Assembly: GCA_963785725.1 (NCBI GenBank)
Contig: CAWAWS010000020.1
Location: 256,001-320,000 of the forward strand
Direction of reading: 5' to 3'
Length of the DNA: 64,000 nucleotides
Source: an uncultured delta proteobacterium
GTDB taxonomy: Bacteria > Myxococcota_A > Polyangia > Palsa-1104
In this document: piece by piece, positions 1-9,424 of the stretch
Layout: each line of letters begins with the position of its first letter
Numbering within the stretch: position 1 is the first letter of the stretch
Translations under genes and position numbers: made by a program
The notes under the pieces: model-generated
What the model was told of the DNA's origin: nothing
The model's database searches: none
The model's input: the letters and a program-made list of their open reading frames with translations, nothing else

Positions 1-1328
1 CCACGCGCCCGCGGCATGCCGACGGCGCGCGCGATCGCGTCGGCGCCGGCCGCGGCCACGACCTCGGCGCGCGGAAAGCAATGGGTCAACGACGGCGCCG
101 GCACGTCCAGCGGACGGCCGAACGCGGCAACGAAGCGGCCGGCGAGCGTCGTCGCGCCGGCGACCGAGACCTGCTGACCGAGGACGGCGCGCACGGCGAG
201 CTCGAAGCCGTCCCAACCGCCCGGCACGCGCAATCCCGGCAGCGCATGAACGGCCGGCGCCAGCGCGCGGTCGCGCGCGAGCACGGCGGCGATGGACGCC
301 GGATCGGCATTCAGATCGCATAGTCGCCGTAGGCGCTCGATGGCATCGCGGACGCCGCGCACGGACGGGATGCGCAAGCGGACGCGCAAGTGGCCGTCGT
401 CGGCGCGCGCCTCGACGAGGCCACCGTCGGCGGTCGTGCGCCGGTAGACGTCGCCGGCGATGTGCTCGACGCCGGGAATCGCGCGGCCGGCGAGGAACGC
501 GAGCAGCGCCGACCACGGCAGCGGCGCGCGAAACGGCAGCGCCAGCGCGAGCGCGCCCTCGTCCGCAAACGGCGCCGCCAGCTCGCTCGGTGGCGCCGGC
601 ACGGAATCGACGGTGGCTCGCGCCGGCCTCTTCGCACGCTTTGCGCCGGCAATGTTCGACGCGGCTTCATGACCGATGCGCTTGCCACTCGCGATCCCCG
701 TCGCGGCCGACTCGTCCCCGCGCTTTGCGGCGGCGGGCCGCACCGACGCCGCCTTCTTCCCTCGCGCCGCGCGCCGTTGCCGCAGCTCCGACGGCGTGCG
801 TGCGAACGCCTTGCGCACCGCGCTGTTGAACGTGCGCACGCTGGCGAACCCGGCCGCGAACGCGACCTCCGCCAGCGACAGCTCCGTCTCGTCGATCAAC
901 TGTCGCGCGAAGTGCGCCCGCCGCGTCTGCGCCACCGCCCACGGCGACGCCCCGACCTGCTCGGCAAACAGCCGCCGCAGATGGCGATCGCCGATCCCCA
1001 AGCGCTCCGCCAGCTGCGCCACGTCATCGTCGCCGCCGCCGGCGAGCGCGCCGTCGTCGATGAGCGCCAACGCCCGCTGCACCGTCGCCGACGTGCCCAG
1101 CCACACGCTCGCGTCCGGCCGACAGCGCGCGCACGCACGAAAGCCCGCCGCTTCCGCAGCCGCGGGATGGCCGTAAAAACGCACGTTGCGGCGCGCCGGA
1201 ATTCGCGCGGGACAACCCGGACGACAATAGATGCCGGTCGAGGTGACGGCCACGATGAAGCGCCCTTCGAAGCGGCGATCGCGGCTGGCCACGGCCCGAT
1301 AGAGCGCGTCTGCGTGCATGCCTTCCAT
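1..1328 (-). CDS. alkA: Ada-AlkA fusion (Ada Zn-binding + AraC HTH + AlkA DNA-3-methyladenine glycosylase), runs off the left edge
   Basis: Hand translation from ATG at 1328: LYRAVASRDRRFEGRFIVAVTSTGIYCRPGCPAR...GFRACARCRP (Ada site), then LPFRAPLPWSALLAFLAGRAIPGVE and GLRVPGGWDGFELAVRAVLGQQVSV (AlkA). Absent from the ORF track, consistent with no stop before the edge. Confidence 0.93.
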   Translation of the reverse strand, partial: MEGMHADALYRAVASRDRRFEGRFIVAVTSTGIYCRPGCPARIPARRNVRFYGHPAAAEAAGFRACARCRPDASVWLGTSATVQRALALIDDGALAGGGDDDVAQLAERLGIGDRHLRRLFAEQVGASPWAVAQTRRAHFARQLIDETELSLAEVAFAAGFASVRTFNSAVRKAFARTPSELRQRRAARGKKAASVRPAAAKRGDESAATGIASGKRIGHEAASNIAGAKRAKRPARATVDSVPAPPSELAAPFADEGALALALPFRAPLPWSALLAFLAGRAIPGVEHIAGDVYRRTTADGGLVEARADDGHLRVRLRIPSVRGVRDAIERLRRLCDLNADPASIAAVLARDRALAPAVHALPGLRVPGGWDGFELAVRAVLGQQVSVAGATTLAGRFVAAFGRPLDVPAPSLTHCFPRAEVVAAAGADAIARAVGMPRAR

Positions 1329-1381
1329 GCCGTCGACAGATAGCGCGCGCGATCGGTCGCGTCTGGCCATTTCCGGACGTG

Positions 1382-1675
1382 TCAGCGCGGCAGTTCGATC
1401 GCCGGATTATCGACCCGTCTACGATAAATGAGCACGGTGCGACCGAGCACTTGCACGAGCTCGGCGCCGGCGGCTTCCGCGAGCGCCGCGCCGATCGCGC
1501 GCCGATCCGCGCCCGCCGACTCGCCGAGCTTGATCTTGATGAGCTCGTGCGTCGTCAGCGCGACATCGAGCGCACCGACGAGCCCTTCCGTCAGCCCATC
1601 CTTGCCCACTTGCACGACCGGATCGAGGTGATGCCCCAAACCACGGAGAAAGCTTCTCTGTTTACCCTTCAACAC
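1382..1675 (-). CDS. yhbY: RNA-binding protein YhbY (CRM domain)
   Basis: 97 aa; LKGKQRSFLRGLGHHLDPVVQVGKDGL...HELIKIK...LVQVLGRTVLIYR. Confidence 0.93.
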   Translation of the reverse strand: MLKGKQRSFLRGLGHHLDPVVQVGKDGLTEGLVGALDVALTTHELIKIKLGESAGADRRAIGAALAEAAGAELVQVLGRTVLIYRRRVDNPAIELPR

Positions 1676-1804
1676 CGGCTAGGAATACCACAAGGACGCC
1701 GGCCGCGCTGAAGAACGCCGCCGCGACGGCCGCGGTTCCGACATCGTCGACCGCCGACCAAAGCCGCTTTGTTTACCCGCTCAGCCGGGCTAGGAATAGA
1801 GCCA

Positions 1805-2521
1805 ATGGACGCCATTACCGTGCGCGGGCTCGACTTCACGTATCCGTCGGGCGCTTCCGTGCTGCGCCAGCTCGACTTCAGCGTGCCGACGGGCGCGCGC
1901 TGCCTGCTCGTGGGCGCGAACGGCACCGGCAAGACGACGCTGCTGTCGATCTTGGCCGGGCGACACATGATCCGGGACGAGATCGTGCGCGTCCTCGGTC
2001 GGCCCGCCTTCTCCGACACGTCGCTCGTGCAGGACGTCTCGTTCATCGGCGGTCAATTTCCGCTCGACGTCGACATCACCGTCGCCGAGATGCTCGATCG
2101 TCGCCCCGACGCCGATCCGGCGCGGCGCGACCAGCTCGTCGACGTGCTCGGCGTCGATCGGCGCTGGCGCATGTCCTACGTCAGCGATGGTCAGCGCCGC
2201 CGCGTGCAGCTGTTGTTGGGCCTCTTGTGGCCGTGCCGCGTGCTCCTGCTCGACGAGGTGACGACCGATCTCGACGTCATCGCGCGCGGCGACCTCTTGG
2301 CTTTCCTGCGCGCCCAAGGCACGTCGACTATCTTGTATGCGACGCACATTCTCGAGGGTCTCGAAGACTGGGCGACGCACCTCGCCTATCTCGACCATGG
2401 GCGCATCGCGCTCATGCAGCCGCTCGGCGAGGTCGCCGAATTCGCAGCGCTGAAAGCGGAAGGCGCGACGGCGCCGCTGTTGCGCCTCGTCGACCGCTGG
2501 CTCCGCCGCGACCGCCGATAA
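1805..2521 (+). CDS. Stand-alone ABC ATPase, Caf16/ABCI-like
   Basis: Walker A GANGTGKT, atypical signature VSDGQRRRVQL, Walker B LLLDE, H-loop YATH; ATG at 1805. Confidence 0.85.
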   Translation: MDAITVRGLDFTYPSGASVLRQLDFSVPTGARCLLVGANGTGKTTLLSILAGRHMIRDEIVRVLGRPAFSDTSLVQDVSFIGGQFPLDVDITVAEMLDRRPDADPARRDQLVDVLGVDRRWRMSYVSDGQRRRVQLLLGLLWPCRVLLLDEVTTDLDVIARGDLLAFLRAQGTSTILYATHILEGLEDWATHLAYLDHGRIALMQPLGEVAEFAALKAEGATAPLLRLVDRWLRRDRR

Positions 2522-2548
2522 TTCGCGCGCTCCAGCGACGGCCGCCGC

Positions 2549-4237
2549 TCAGCCGACGGGGCGAACGGCGCGCGCGAACGCCTCGACGTCGAGCGCGTTC
2601 AGCACTTCGCCGCGCCGGACCCACCCGCGCCGCGCCGTATGCACGCCGAACCGCAGGTTGTGCATGCCCGTCGTCGAGTGCGCGTCGGTGGAGATGACGA
2701 AGCGAATGCCGCGCTCGCGCGCCTTGCGCACCCACTCGGGCGCGAGATCCAGTCGATAGGGATCGCCGTTGATCTCGATCGCCGCGCGCGACTCGGCGAC
2801 GGCGTCGAGCACCGCCTCGACGTCGCACGCGATCGGATCGCGCTTCAACACCAAGCGACCCAGCGCGTGACCCCAGATCTTGAAGACCGGCTGCTTCATC
2901 GCGTTCACGAGCCGCCGCGTCATCGTCGCCGAATCCATCTTCAGCCGCGAATGAATGCTGGCGATGACGATATCGAGCCGCTCGAGAATTCGGTCGGGAT
3001 AGTCGAGCGCGCCATCCTCGAGGATATCGCTCTCGGTGCCGCGCAAGAGCCGCACCTTCGTGGTCTCTTGCACGCGCGCTATTTCGTCCCACTGGCGCTG
3101 CAAGCGATCGATATCCACGCCGCTCGCATAGAACGCCGCCGGCGAATGATCGGTGATGGTCAGGTACTGCATGCCCATCGCCTCCGCCTCGCGCGCCATC
3201 TCGGCGACGCTGTTGCGGCCGTCGCTGTAGGTCGTGTGGCAGTGGGTCATGCCGCGGATGTCGTCGAGCGCGATGAGGTCCGTCGGCAGCTTGCCGTCGC
3301 CGGCCCCTTCGATTTCGCCGTCATCCTCGCGCAATTCGGGCGCAATCCACGTCAACTGCACGCGCTCGTAGACCTCGCGCTCCGTCGCCGCCGGCGCGTC
3401 GAGCGCGACGCCGCGCGCGGCGGCCAGCGCCTCCAGCCGCGCGACGTGCGCCGCCGAGCCGGTGGCGCGCCACAGCGCTGTCGCGAAGTCGCGCGGCGCC
3501 ACGACGTGCAGCTCGACGTGCAGACCATCCGACAGCTTGACGACGACGTCGCCGCCGTCGCGGGCGACGACCGACGCCACCTTCGCATAGGCCACGAGAT
3601 GCTCGACCACCGCCTCCGGCTCGTCGCTGGCGACGACGAAGTCGACATCCGCCGCCGTCTCGCGCCACCGCCGCAGCGAACCGGCGAGCTCGACCTTTTG
3701 CGCGGCGGCATGGCCGGCGAGATAGGCGGCGAGCGGCTCGGCCGCCTCCAGCGCGTCGACCAGCAGCACGCGCGAATCACGCTTTTCCCAGCGGTCCAGC
3801 GCCTCGAGCAGCTTCTCCTCCGTCTTCGCGCCGAAGCCTTTGATCGTCCGCACCTGCCCGTTCGTGCACGCCGCCCGCAGCTTTTCGATGCTGTCGACGC
3901 CCAGCGCCGTATGCAGCTGCTCGATCTTCTTGACCGTCAGCCCCGGCACCTGCGCCAGCTCGAGCACGCCCGGCGGTGACTCCGCGCGCAGCTTCTCCAG
4001 CTGCTGCGAGCTCCCCGTCGTCACGATCTCGGCGATGACCGCCGCCAACGCCGGCCCGATGCCGCGCGTCTCCGTCAGCCGCTGCTGTGCGACGAGCTCC
4101 GCCAGATCTTCGCGCAGCTCCTCGACGGCGCGCGCCCCGGTCTCGTAGGCGCGCGCGCGGAAACGATTGTCACCCTTGAGCTCGATATGAAGGCCGATCT
4201 CCCGCAAGAGCTCCGCGACGGCGAGCTTGTCTGTCAC
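2549..4237 (-). CDS. polX: DNA polymerase X / PHP-domain 3'-5' exonuclease
   Basis: GDNRFRARAY N-terminus, HhH motifs, AGSLRRWRETAADVD palm, PHP motifs HCHTTYSDG, TDHS, STDAH. Confidence 0.93.
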   Translation of the reverse strand: MTDKLAVAELLREIGLHIELKGDNRFRARAYETGARAVEELREDLAELVAQQRLTETRGIGPALAAVIAEIVTTGSSQQLEKLRAESPPGVLELAQVPGLTVKKIEQLHTALGVDSIEKLRAACTNGQVRTIKGFGAKTEEKLLEALDRWEKRDSRVLLVDALEAAEPLAAYLAGHAAAQKVELAGSLRRWRETAADVDFVVASDEPEAVVEHLVAYAKVASVVARDGGDVVVKLSDGLHVELHVVAPRDFATALWRATGSAAHVARLEALAAARGVALDAPAATEREVYERVQLTWIAPELREDDGEIEGAGDGKLPTDLIALDDIRGMTHCHTTYSDGRNSVAEMAREAEAMGMQYLTITDHSPAAFYASGVDIDRLQRQWDEIARVQETTKVRLLRGTESDILEDGALDYPDRILERLDIVIASIHSRLKMDSATMTRRLVNAMKQPVFKIWGHALGRLVLKRDPIACDVEAVLDAVAESRAAIEINGDPYRLDLAPEWVRKARERGIRFVISTDAHSTTGMHNLRFGVHTARRGWVRRGEVLNALDVEAFARAVRPVG

Positions 4238-4288
4238 CCGCGTAAACGTAAGACCGGGCCGCGCACGAGTAAAGCCACATGCGCGCTA

Positions 4289-4451
4289 GTCAAGCAGCTT
4301 TACGATGTAGTCAAGCGAGCTTACGATCTCGACCGACCGCCCGCGATGCGCAGCCGCGGCCCGAGAGAACGCACGGAAATGAGTCGCAGACGAACGCGTG
4401 GAATACGGCATCGTCAACCTACTTGACCGCTTCGTCAAGCAGGTTGACGAT
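4289..4451. repeat. Four copies of an 18-bp motif (GTCAAG-N4-TT-ACGAT-like): two tandem, two inverted
   Basis: 4289-4306 gtcaagcagctttacgat; 4310-4327 gtcaagcgagcttacgat; 4410-4427 reverse complement gtcaagtaggttgacgat; 4434-4451 gtcaagcaggttgacgat. Confidence 0.85.
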
Positions 4452-4455
4452 CGGG

Positions 4456-5037
4456 CTACTTCTTGCTGCCGCCGGCCTTGAGGCTCGCCTTGCGATTGCG
4501 CGCCCAGCACGCTTCATCATGCTCGCTGCACTCGGGGTTCTCCTTGCCGTAGGAGACCGTCTTGATCTGCTTCTCCGACGCGCCCAGCGAGCCCAAGTAC
4601 TTGCGCACGGCGTTGGCGCGGCGATCGCCGAGCGCGAGGTTGTACTCCTCGGTGCCGCGCTCGTCGGCGTTGCCCTCGATCGTCACGTGCAGCTGGTGGT
4701 CCGCCTTCAGGCAGCGCGCCGAGCGATCGAGCTGCGGCCGATCGTTGGTGTCGATCTCGTCGCTGTTGAAGGGAAAGTGGATGCGCACGTTCGTGCACTC
4801 GGCCAGGTCGGCCGTGATGTCGACGCAGCGGCCGCCGATGCACAGCTGCTTGTCACCGCAGTCCAGATCGGTCGCGCACGTGTTGGACGCGCTGGGCACG
4901 GCCGTCGGCGGGCTCGCCGGCGGCGGCGCTGACGACGCCATGGGCGCCGACGGCTCCGCCTTCGTCTCCTGCTTGTGCGCGCATCCCGCGACCATCAAAA
5001 ACATCGACATCGATAACGTAAATGCCAGGCGGCTCAT
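4456..5037 (-). CDS. OmpA/Pal-family lipoprotein with Cys-rich linker
   Basis: GGAGG RBS, lipobox VAGC, CATDLDC...LCIGGRC, OmpA-C motifs IEGNADERGTEEYNLALGDRRA and VSYGKENP. Confidence 0.9.
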   Translation of the reverse strand: MSRLAFTLSMSMFLMVAGCAHKQETKAEPSAPMASSAPPPASPPTAVPSASNTCATDLDCGDKQLCIGGRCVDITADLAECTNVRIHFPFNSDEIDTNDRPQLDRSARCLKADHQLHVTIEGNADERGTEEYNLALGDRRANAVRKYLGSLGASEKQIKTVSYGKENPECSEHDEACWARNRKASLKAGGSKK

Positions 5038-5103
5038 CGCCACACCTCCATAAAGGATTGGTTGGTACGCGTGCCGGGATATTGTTATATGGGCTCCCAA
5101 CCG

Positions 5104-5661
5104 ATGTCCACTTCGCAACGCGTGCTCGACTCGATTCGGCGCATCGTGCGTTTGTTGCGCGAGGGATCGCGTGTCGCGGAAGAGACGGTCGGCTTGTCGG
5201 CGGCGCAGCTGTTCGTCCTGCAGCGCCTCGACACGCCGCAGCCGCTGTCGCTCAACGAGTTGGCGGCGCGCACGCTGACGCATCAAAGCTCGGTGTCGGT
5301 CGTCGTGCGTCGGCTCGTCGAGCGCGGGCTGGTCCAGCGCAAACCGGCGGAGCGCGACGCGCGCCGGCTCGACCTCTCGCTGACCAAGCGCGGACAGGCG
5401 CTGCTGGCGCGCGCGCCGGCGGTGGCGCAGGATCGCATCATCGCCGCCGTCGCGACGCTGCCGTCGCCGCAGCGCCGCTCACTGACGACGGGGCTGGAAG
5501 CGCTCGTCAAAGCGCTGGGATTCGACGATCGGGCAGCGCCGATGCTGCAGCTTGGGCTCGAAGATGACGGCGACGGCGCGGTGGCGGCCGCGCCACGCAA
5601 GCGTAAGAAGCGCCCGCCCGTGCCGCGAACGGCGGGGACGCAGCGCCCGCGCAGCCGGTAA
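5104..5661 (+). CDS. MarR-family transcriptional regulator
   Basis: GLSAAQLFVL...LSLNELAARTLTHQSSVSVVVRRLVERGLVQR...DARRLDLSLTKRG winged HTH. Confidence 0.9.
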   Translation: MSTSQRVLDSIRRIVRLLREGSRVAEETVGLSAAQLFVLQRLDTPQPLSLNELAARTLTHQSSVSVVVRRLVERGLVQRKPAERDARRLDLSLTKRGQALLARAPAVAQDRIIAAVATLPSPQRRSLTTGLEALVKALGFDDRAAPMLQLGLEDDGDGAVAAAPRKRKKRPPVPRTAGTQRPRSR

Positions 5662-5826
5662 GCCGTATCCCGCAGGCCGGAATGCGATTCCGCGCTGCGG
5701 TTCGGCGCCCGACACCGCGACCCGAGGCGTAACCCGGTTCCACGCGCGACTGCCTGACGCCTGCCGCCGACCTCGTCGTGAGGACGCCGATTCCGCCGCC
5801 GACTTGAAACGTGATAACAAGCGCGC

Positions 5827-7473
5827 ATGACCAAGATCGCGCTCTTGACCGTCGCCGCCGTCGCCGCCGCGCTGCCCGCAGCCTGGAGCGCGCGCGAAAA
5901 AGCGGCCGCACGACGCATCACCGCCGCCGGCCTCGCCGCCCACGTTCGCTTCCTCGCCGACGACCTGCTCGAAGGCCGCGCGCCGGCCTCACGCGGCAGC
6001 GAGCTGGCGATGCGCTACATCGCCACCGAATACGAACGCATCGGCCTCGACCCCGCCGGCGACGACGGCGGCTGGCTGCAGAAGTTCGACATCGTCGGCG
6101 TCACGCCGAGCCCGGTGCAGCCGATGACCTTCAGCGCCAACGGCAAGACCCTCGTGCTCAAGCCGGGCACCGAGAGCGTCCTGGCCGCGGGATCGCAGAC
6201 CGAGGCGATGGCCGTCAAAGACGCGGACGTCATCTTCGTCGGCTACGGCATCACGGCGCCCGAGCAAAAATGGGACGATTACCGCGATATCGACGTGCAC
6301 GGCAAAGTCGTCCTGGTCATGAACAACGATCCGGAAGCCGATCCCAAGCTGTTCGGCGGCAACACGCGTCTCTATTACGGTCGCTGGACTTATAAATACG
6401 AAGAGGCGGCGCGACACGGGGCCGCCGGCGTCATCATCATTCATACCGAGCATTCCGCGGGATATCCGTGGCAAGTCGTGCAATCGAGCTGGGGCGGCGA
6501 GCAGTTCGAGCTGCCGGCAAACGGCGAGCCGCGCCTGCAATTGCGCATGTGGGCGACGGAAGAGTCGGCGCGCGCCATCGCCAAGCTCGGTGGCCGCGAT
6601 CTCGACGAGCTGCGCCGCGCCGCCGAAAAACGCGACTTCAAGGCGGTCTCGCTGGGCGTGAAGCTGTCGGCCGCCATCAAGGCCAAGCTGTCGCGCGTGC
6701 GTACGGCCAATGTGCTGGGACGATTGAACGGCAGCGATCCGAAGCTCAAAGATCAAGTCGTGGTCGTCAGCGCGCATCACGATCACTTGGGAATGCACGT
6801 GGGAATGAAGGGCGACAATATCTATAACGGCGCGCTCGATAACGGCACCGGTGTCTCGGCGATGCTCGAGCTGGCCGATGCGCTGGCCTCGGTGACGCCG
6901 CGGCCCAAGCGTTCGATCGTCTTCGCCGCCGTCGGCGCCGAGGAGTCGGGCCTGCTCGGCAGTCAATACTTCTGCCAGCACCCCATCGTTCCCGCCGGCC
7001 GCATCGCCGCCAACTTGAATATCGACGGAGTCGATATTTGGGGCCGCGCCAGCGATATCGGATTCATCGGTCTCGGCAAGTCGTCGCTCGACGACATCGT
7101 CATCAATGTCGCCAAAGCGCAGGGCCGCACCGTCACCGGCGACGAGCAGCCCGACAAAGGCAGCTTCTATCGCAGCGACCAATTCAACTTCGCCAAGATC
7201 GGCGTGCCCGCCATCTACCTCGAAGCCGGCGTTCGCTATCCCGGTCACGACGCCGACTGGGGCCGCGCGCTGCACGAGACGTATACGAAAGAGCGCTATC
7301 ACCAGCCGAGTGACCAAATCGACAACACGTGGAAGCTGGAAGGCGCGATCGAGGACGTGCAGCTGATGGCGGTGACGCTGCTGCGCGTGGCCGACAGCGC
7401 CAAGCTGCCCGAGTGGCATGCCGGCGACGAGTTCGAAGCCGCCCGCAAAGCCGCGCTGCAATCGACGCACTGA
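5827..7473 (+). CDS. Secreted M28-family metallopeptidase with PA domain
   Basis: Signal peptide; SAHHDHLG, IYNGALDNGTG, AEESGLLGS, NLNID, YHQPSD. Confidence 0.92.
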   Translation: MTKIALLTVAAVAAALPAAWSAREKAAARRITAAGLAAHVRFLADDLLEGRAPASRGSELAMRYIATEYERIGLDPAGDDGGWLQKFDIVGVTPSPVQPMTFSANGKTLVLKPGTESVLAAGSQTEAMAVKDADVIFVGYGITAPEQKWDDYRDIDVHGKVVLVMNNDPEADPKLFGGNTRLYYGRWTYKYEEAARHGAAGVIIIHTEHSAGYPWQVVQSSWGGEQFELPANGEPRLQLRMWATEESARAIAKLGGRDLDELRRAAEKRDFKAVSLGVKLSAAIKAKLSRVRTANVLGRLNGSDPKLKDQVVVVSAHHDHLGMHVGMKGDNIYNGALDNGTGVSAMLELADALASVTPRPKRSIVFAAVGAEESGLLGSQYFCQHPIVPAGRIAANLNIDGVDIWGRASDIGFIGLGKSSLDDIVINVAKAQGRTVTGDEQPDKGSFYRSDQFNFAKIGVPAIYLEAGVRYPGHDADWGRALHETYTKERYHQPSDQIDNTWKLEGAIEDVQLMAVTLLRVADSAKLPEWHAGDEFEAARKAALQSTH

Positions 7474-7499
7474 CGAGCACCTCGCCGGCCGCTGAATCT

Positions 7500-8423
7500 T
7501 CAGACGGCAGAAAAACGCTTCGCCCACCTTTCCTGCCGAAAGTCTTCGACGACGAAATCGACGAAGGCCCGTGTCTTGGCCGGCAACAAGCTCTGCGCCG
7601 CGTAATAAATCGACAGATTCCCGCCATCGACGTACCAATCGGGCAGCACGCGCACGAGCCGGCCGTCCTCGAGATACGGCAGCGCGTGCGGCATGCTGAC
7701 CAGCGCGACACCGAGATCCATCGTCGCCGCGCGACAAGAAGCGTCGGGATCGTTCATCGTCATGCGCGTCTTCAACAGGATCGCCGCCTCGTCGCCGGCG
7801 CGATTGCGCAGCGCCCACGGCCGCACGCGTCCCGTCTGCGGCGAGCGCACGCCGATGCCGTCGACGCGCGCCAGATCGGCCGGCCGCCGAATCGCGACCA
7901 CCCGCCGCAAGAACGCCTTCGTCGCCACGAGCACGCGATGCGCCGGCGCCAGCTTGCGCGCGACGAGCCCCGCCGAAAGCTCGATCGATCCGCCGATCGC
8001 CGCGTCGTAACCCTCGGCGATGAGATCGACCGCGCGATTCTCGAAGTGCCAGTCGGGTGAGATCGCCGGATAGCGCGCCAGGAACGCGCCCAGCCGCGGC
8101 ATCACGTAGTCGCGCCCAAACACCGTCCCCATGCTGACTTTGAGCGTGCCCGCCGGCTGTCCGTCGGCGCGCGCCAGATGCGCCACCGCCGACTGAATGC
8201 GCACCAACCCTTCGCGCACCTCGTCGAGGAAGCGCTGCCCCGACTCGGTCAACGCCAAGCTGCGCGTGCTGCGCGTGAACAGCCGCACGCCCAAGCCGCG
8301 CTCGAGCTTGGCGATGTTCTTGCCGACGGCGGCGGGCGTGAGCCCCATTCGGCGCGCGGCCGCGGCGAAGCTGCCGGCGTCGGCGCTGCGCACGAAACAG
8401 TCGATGCTGGTCAGCGTCTCCAT
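7500..8423 (-). CDS. LysR-family transcriptional regulator (CrgA-like)
   Basis: N-terminal HTH GSFAAAARRMGLTPAAVGKNIAKLERGLGVRLFTRSTRSL; VDLIAEGYD; divergent from an SDR gene. Confidence 0.93.
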   Translation of the reverse strand: METLTSIDCFVRSADAGSFAAAARRMGLTPAAVGKNIAKLERGLGVRLFTRSTRSLALTESGQRFLDEVREGLVRIQSAVAHLARADGQPAGTLKVSMGTVFGRDYVMPRLGAFLARYPAISPDWHFENRAVDLIAEGYDAAIGGSIELSAGLVARKLAPAHRVLVATKAFLRRVVAIRRPADLARVDGIGVRSPQTGRVRPWALRNRAGDEAAILLKTRMTMNDPDASCRAATMDLGVALVSMPHALPYLEDGRLVRVLPDWYVDGGNLSIYYAAQSLLPAKTRAFVDFVVEDFRQERWAKRFSAV

Positions 8424-8434
8424 CCCAACGATTA

Positions 8435-8449
8435 TAAACCAACGGTTTA
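8435..8449. promoter_or_regulatory. Palindromic operator, probably for the LysR regulator
   Basis: TAAACC-aac-GGTTTA, 11 bp upstream of the lysR start in the divergent intergenic region. Confidence 0.55.
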
Positions 8450-8542
8450 CTCAGAATGTCGCGATTGACGGCTACTCGGAACGACTGCGCGCGCGCATCT
8501 TCATCCTCGTAAACACACTTCAACCGCCAAACAGGAGCTCCC

Positions 8543-9307
8543 ATGACTACGAACAGCAACAGCATCGATACGTCGCTCGCCGGTAAGGTCGCGCTCGTGC
8601 AGGGCGGGTCGCGCGGCATCGGCGCGGCCGTCGTGCGCCGGCTGGCGAGCCAGGGCGCGAGCGTCGCCTTCACCTACGCCGCGTCGACGGCGCGCGCGCA
8701 GGAATTGACCGCCTCCGTCGAGGCCGCGGGCGGGCGCGTGCTCGCCATCCAGGCCGACGCCGCCGATGCCGACGCGGTGCGCGGCGCGGTCAGCCAGACG
8801 ATGCGCGTCTTTGGTCGCCTCGACATCCTCGTGAATTCGGCGGGCGTGCTCGCCATCGCGCCGCTGGCCGACTTCACGCTCGCGGACTTCGACCGCACGC
8901 TCGCGGTCAACGTGCGCAGCGTCTTCGTCGCCGCGCAAGCCGCGGCCGCGGTCATGACGACGGGCGGACGCATCATCACCATCGGCAGCACCAACGCCGA
9001 GCGCATGCCGTTCCAAGGCGGCGGACCGTACGCCATGAGCAAGGCGGCCGTCGCCGGGCTGACGCGCGGATTGGCGCGCGACTTGGGGCCGCGCGGCATC
9101 ACCGTCAACAACGTACAGCCGGGCCCGGTCGACACCGAGATGAACCCCGACCGCGGCGACTTCGCGGCGGTGCTCAAAGGGTTCCTCGCGCTCGGCCGCT
9201 ACGGCAAGGCGGACGAGATTGCGAGCCTCGTCGCCTTCCTCGCCGGCGAGCAAGCGGCCTACATCACGGGCGCGAACATCATGATTGATGGCGGCTTCTC
9301 GGCCTGA
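8543..9307 (+). CDS. Short-chain dehydrogenase/reductase (FabG/BdcA-like)
   Basis: GGSRGIG, VNSAG, YAMSK, NVQPGPVDT; AGGAG RBS. Confidence 0.93.
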   Translation: MTTNSNSIDTSLAGKVALVQGGSRGIGAAVVRRLASQGASVAFTYAASTARAQELTASVEAAGGRVLAIQADAADADAVRGAVSQTMRVFGRLDILVNSAGVLAIAPLADFTLADFDRTLAVNVRSVFVAAQAAAAVMTTGGRIITIGSTNAERMPFQGGGPYAMSKAAVAGLTRGLARDLGPRGITVNNVQPGPVDTEMNPDRGDFAAVLKGFLALGRYGKADEIASLVAFLAGEQAAYITGANIMIDGGFSA

Positions 9308-9424
9308 GTCGCCGTCGGCGCGCACGGCCGCGCTCGCCAGTGCAACCCGCGGTCGCGCTCGCGCGTCCGACGGCCGGCGATTGTCATCGCTGCCCCCATG
9401 CCGCTCGTGGATAATATCGCCGCG

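Noticed and set aside
4289..4451. CRISPR mini-array reading of the 18-bp repeats
   Set aside because: Spacers are 3 and 6 nt, two copies are inverted, and there are no cas genes.
5989..8673. 894-aa minus-strand ORF and similar long ORFs (17213-19582, 15732-17192, 59995-60972)
   Set aside because: Shadow ORFs of real genes in high-GC DNA; Arg/Ala-rich with no motifs.
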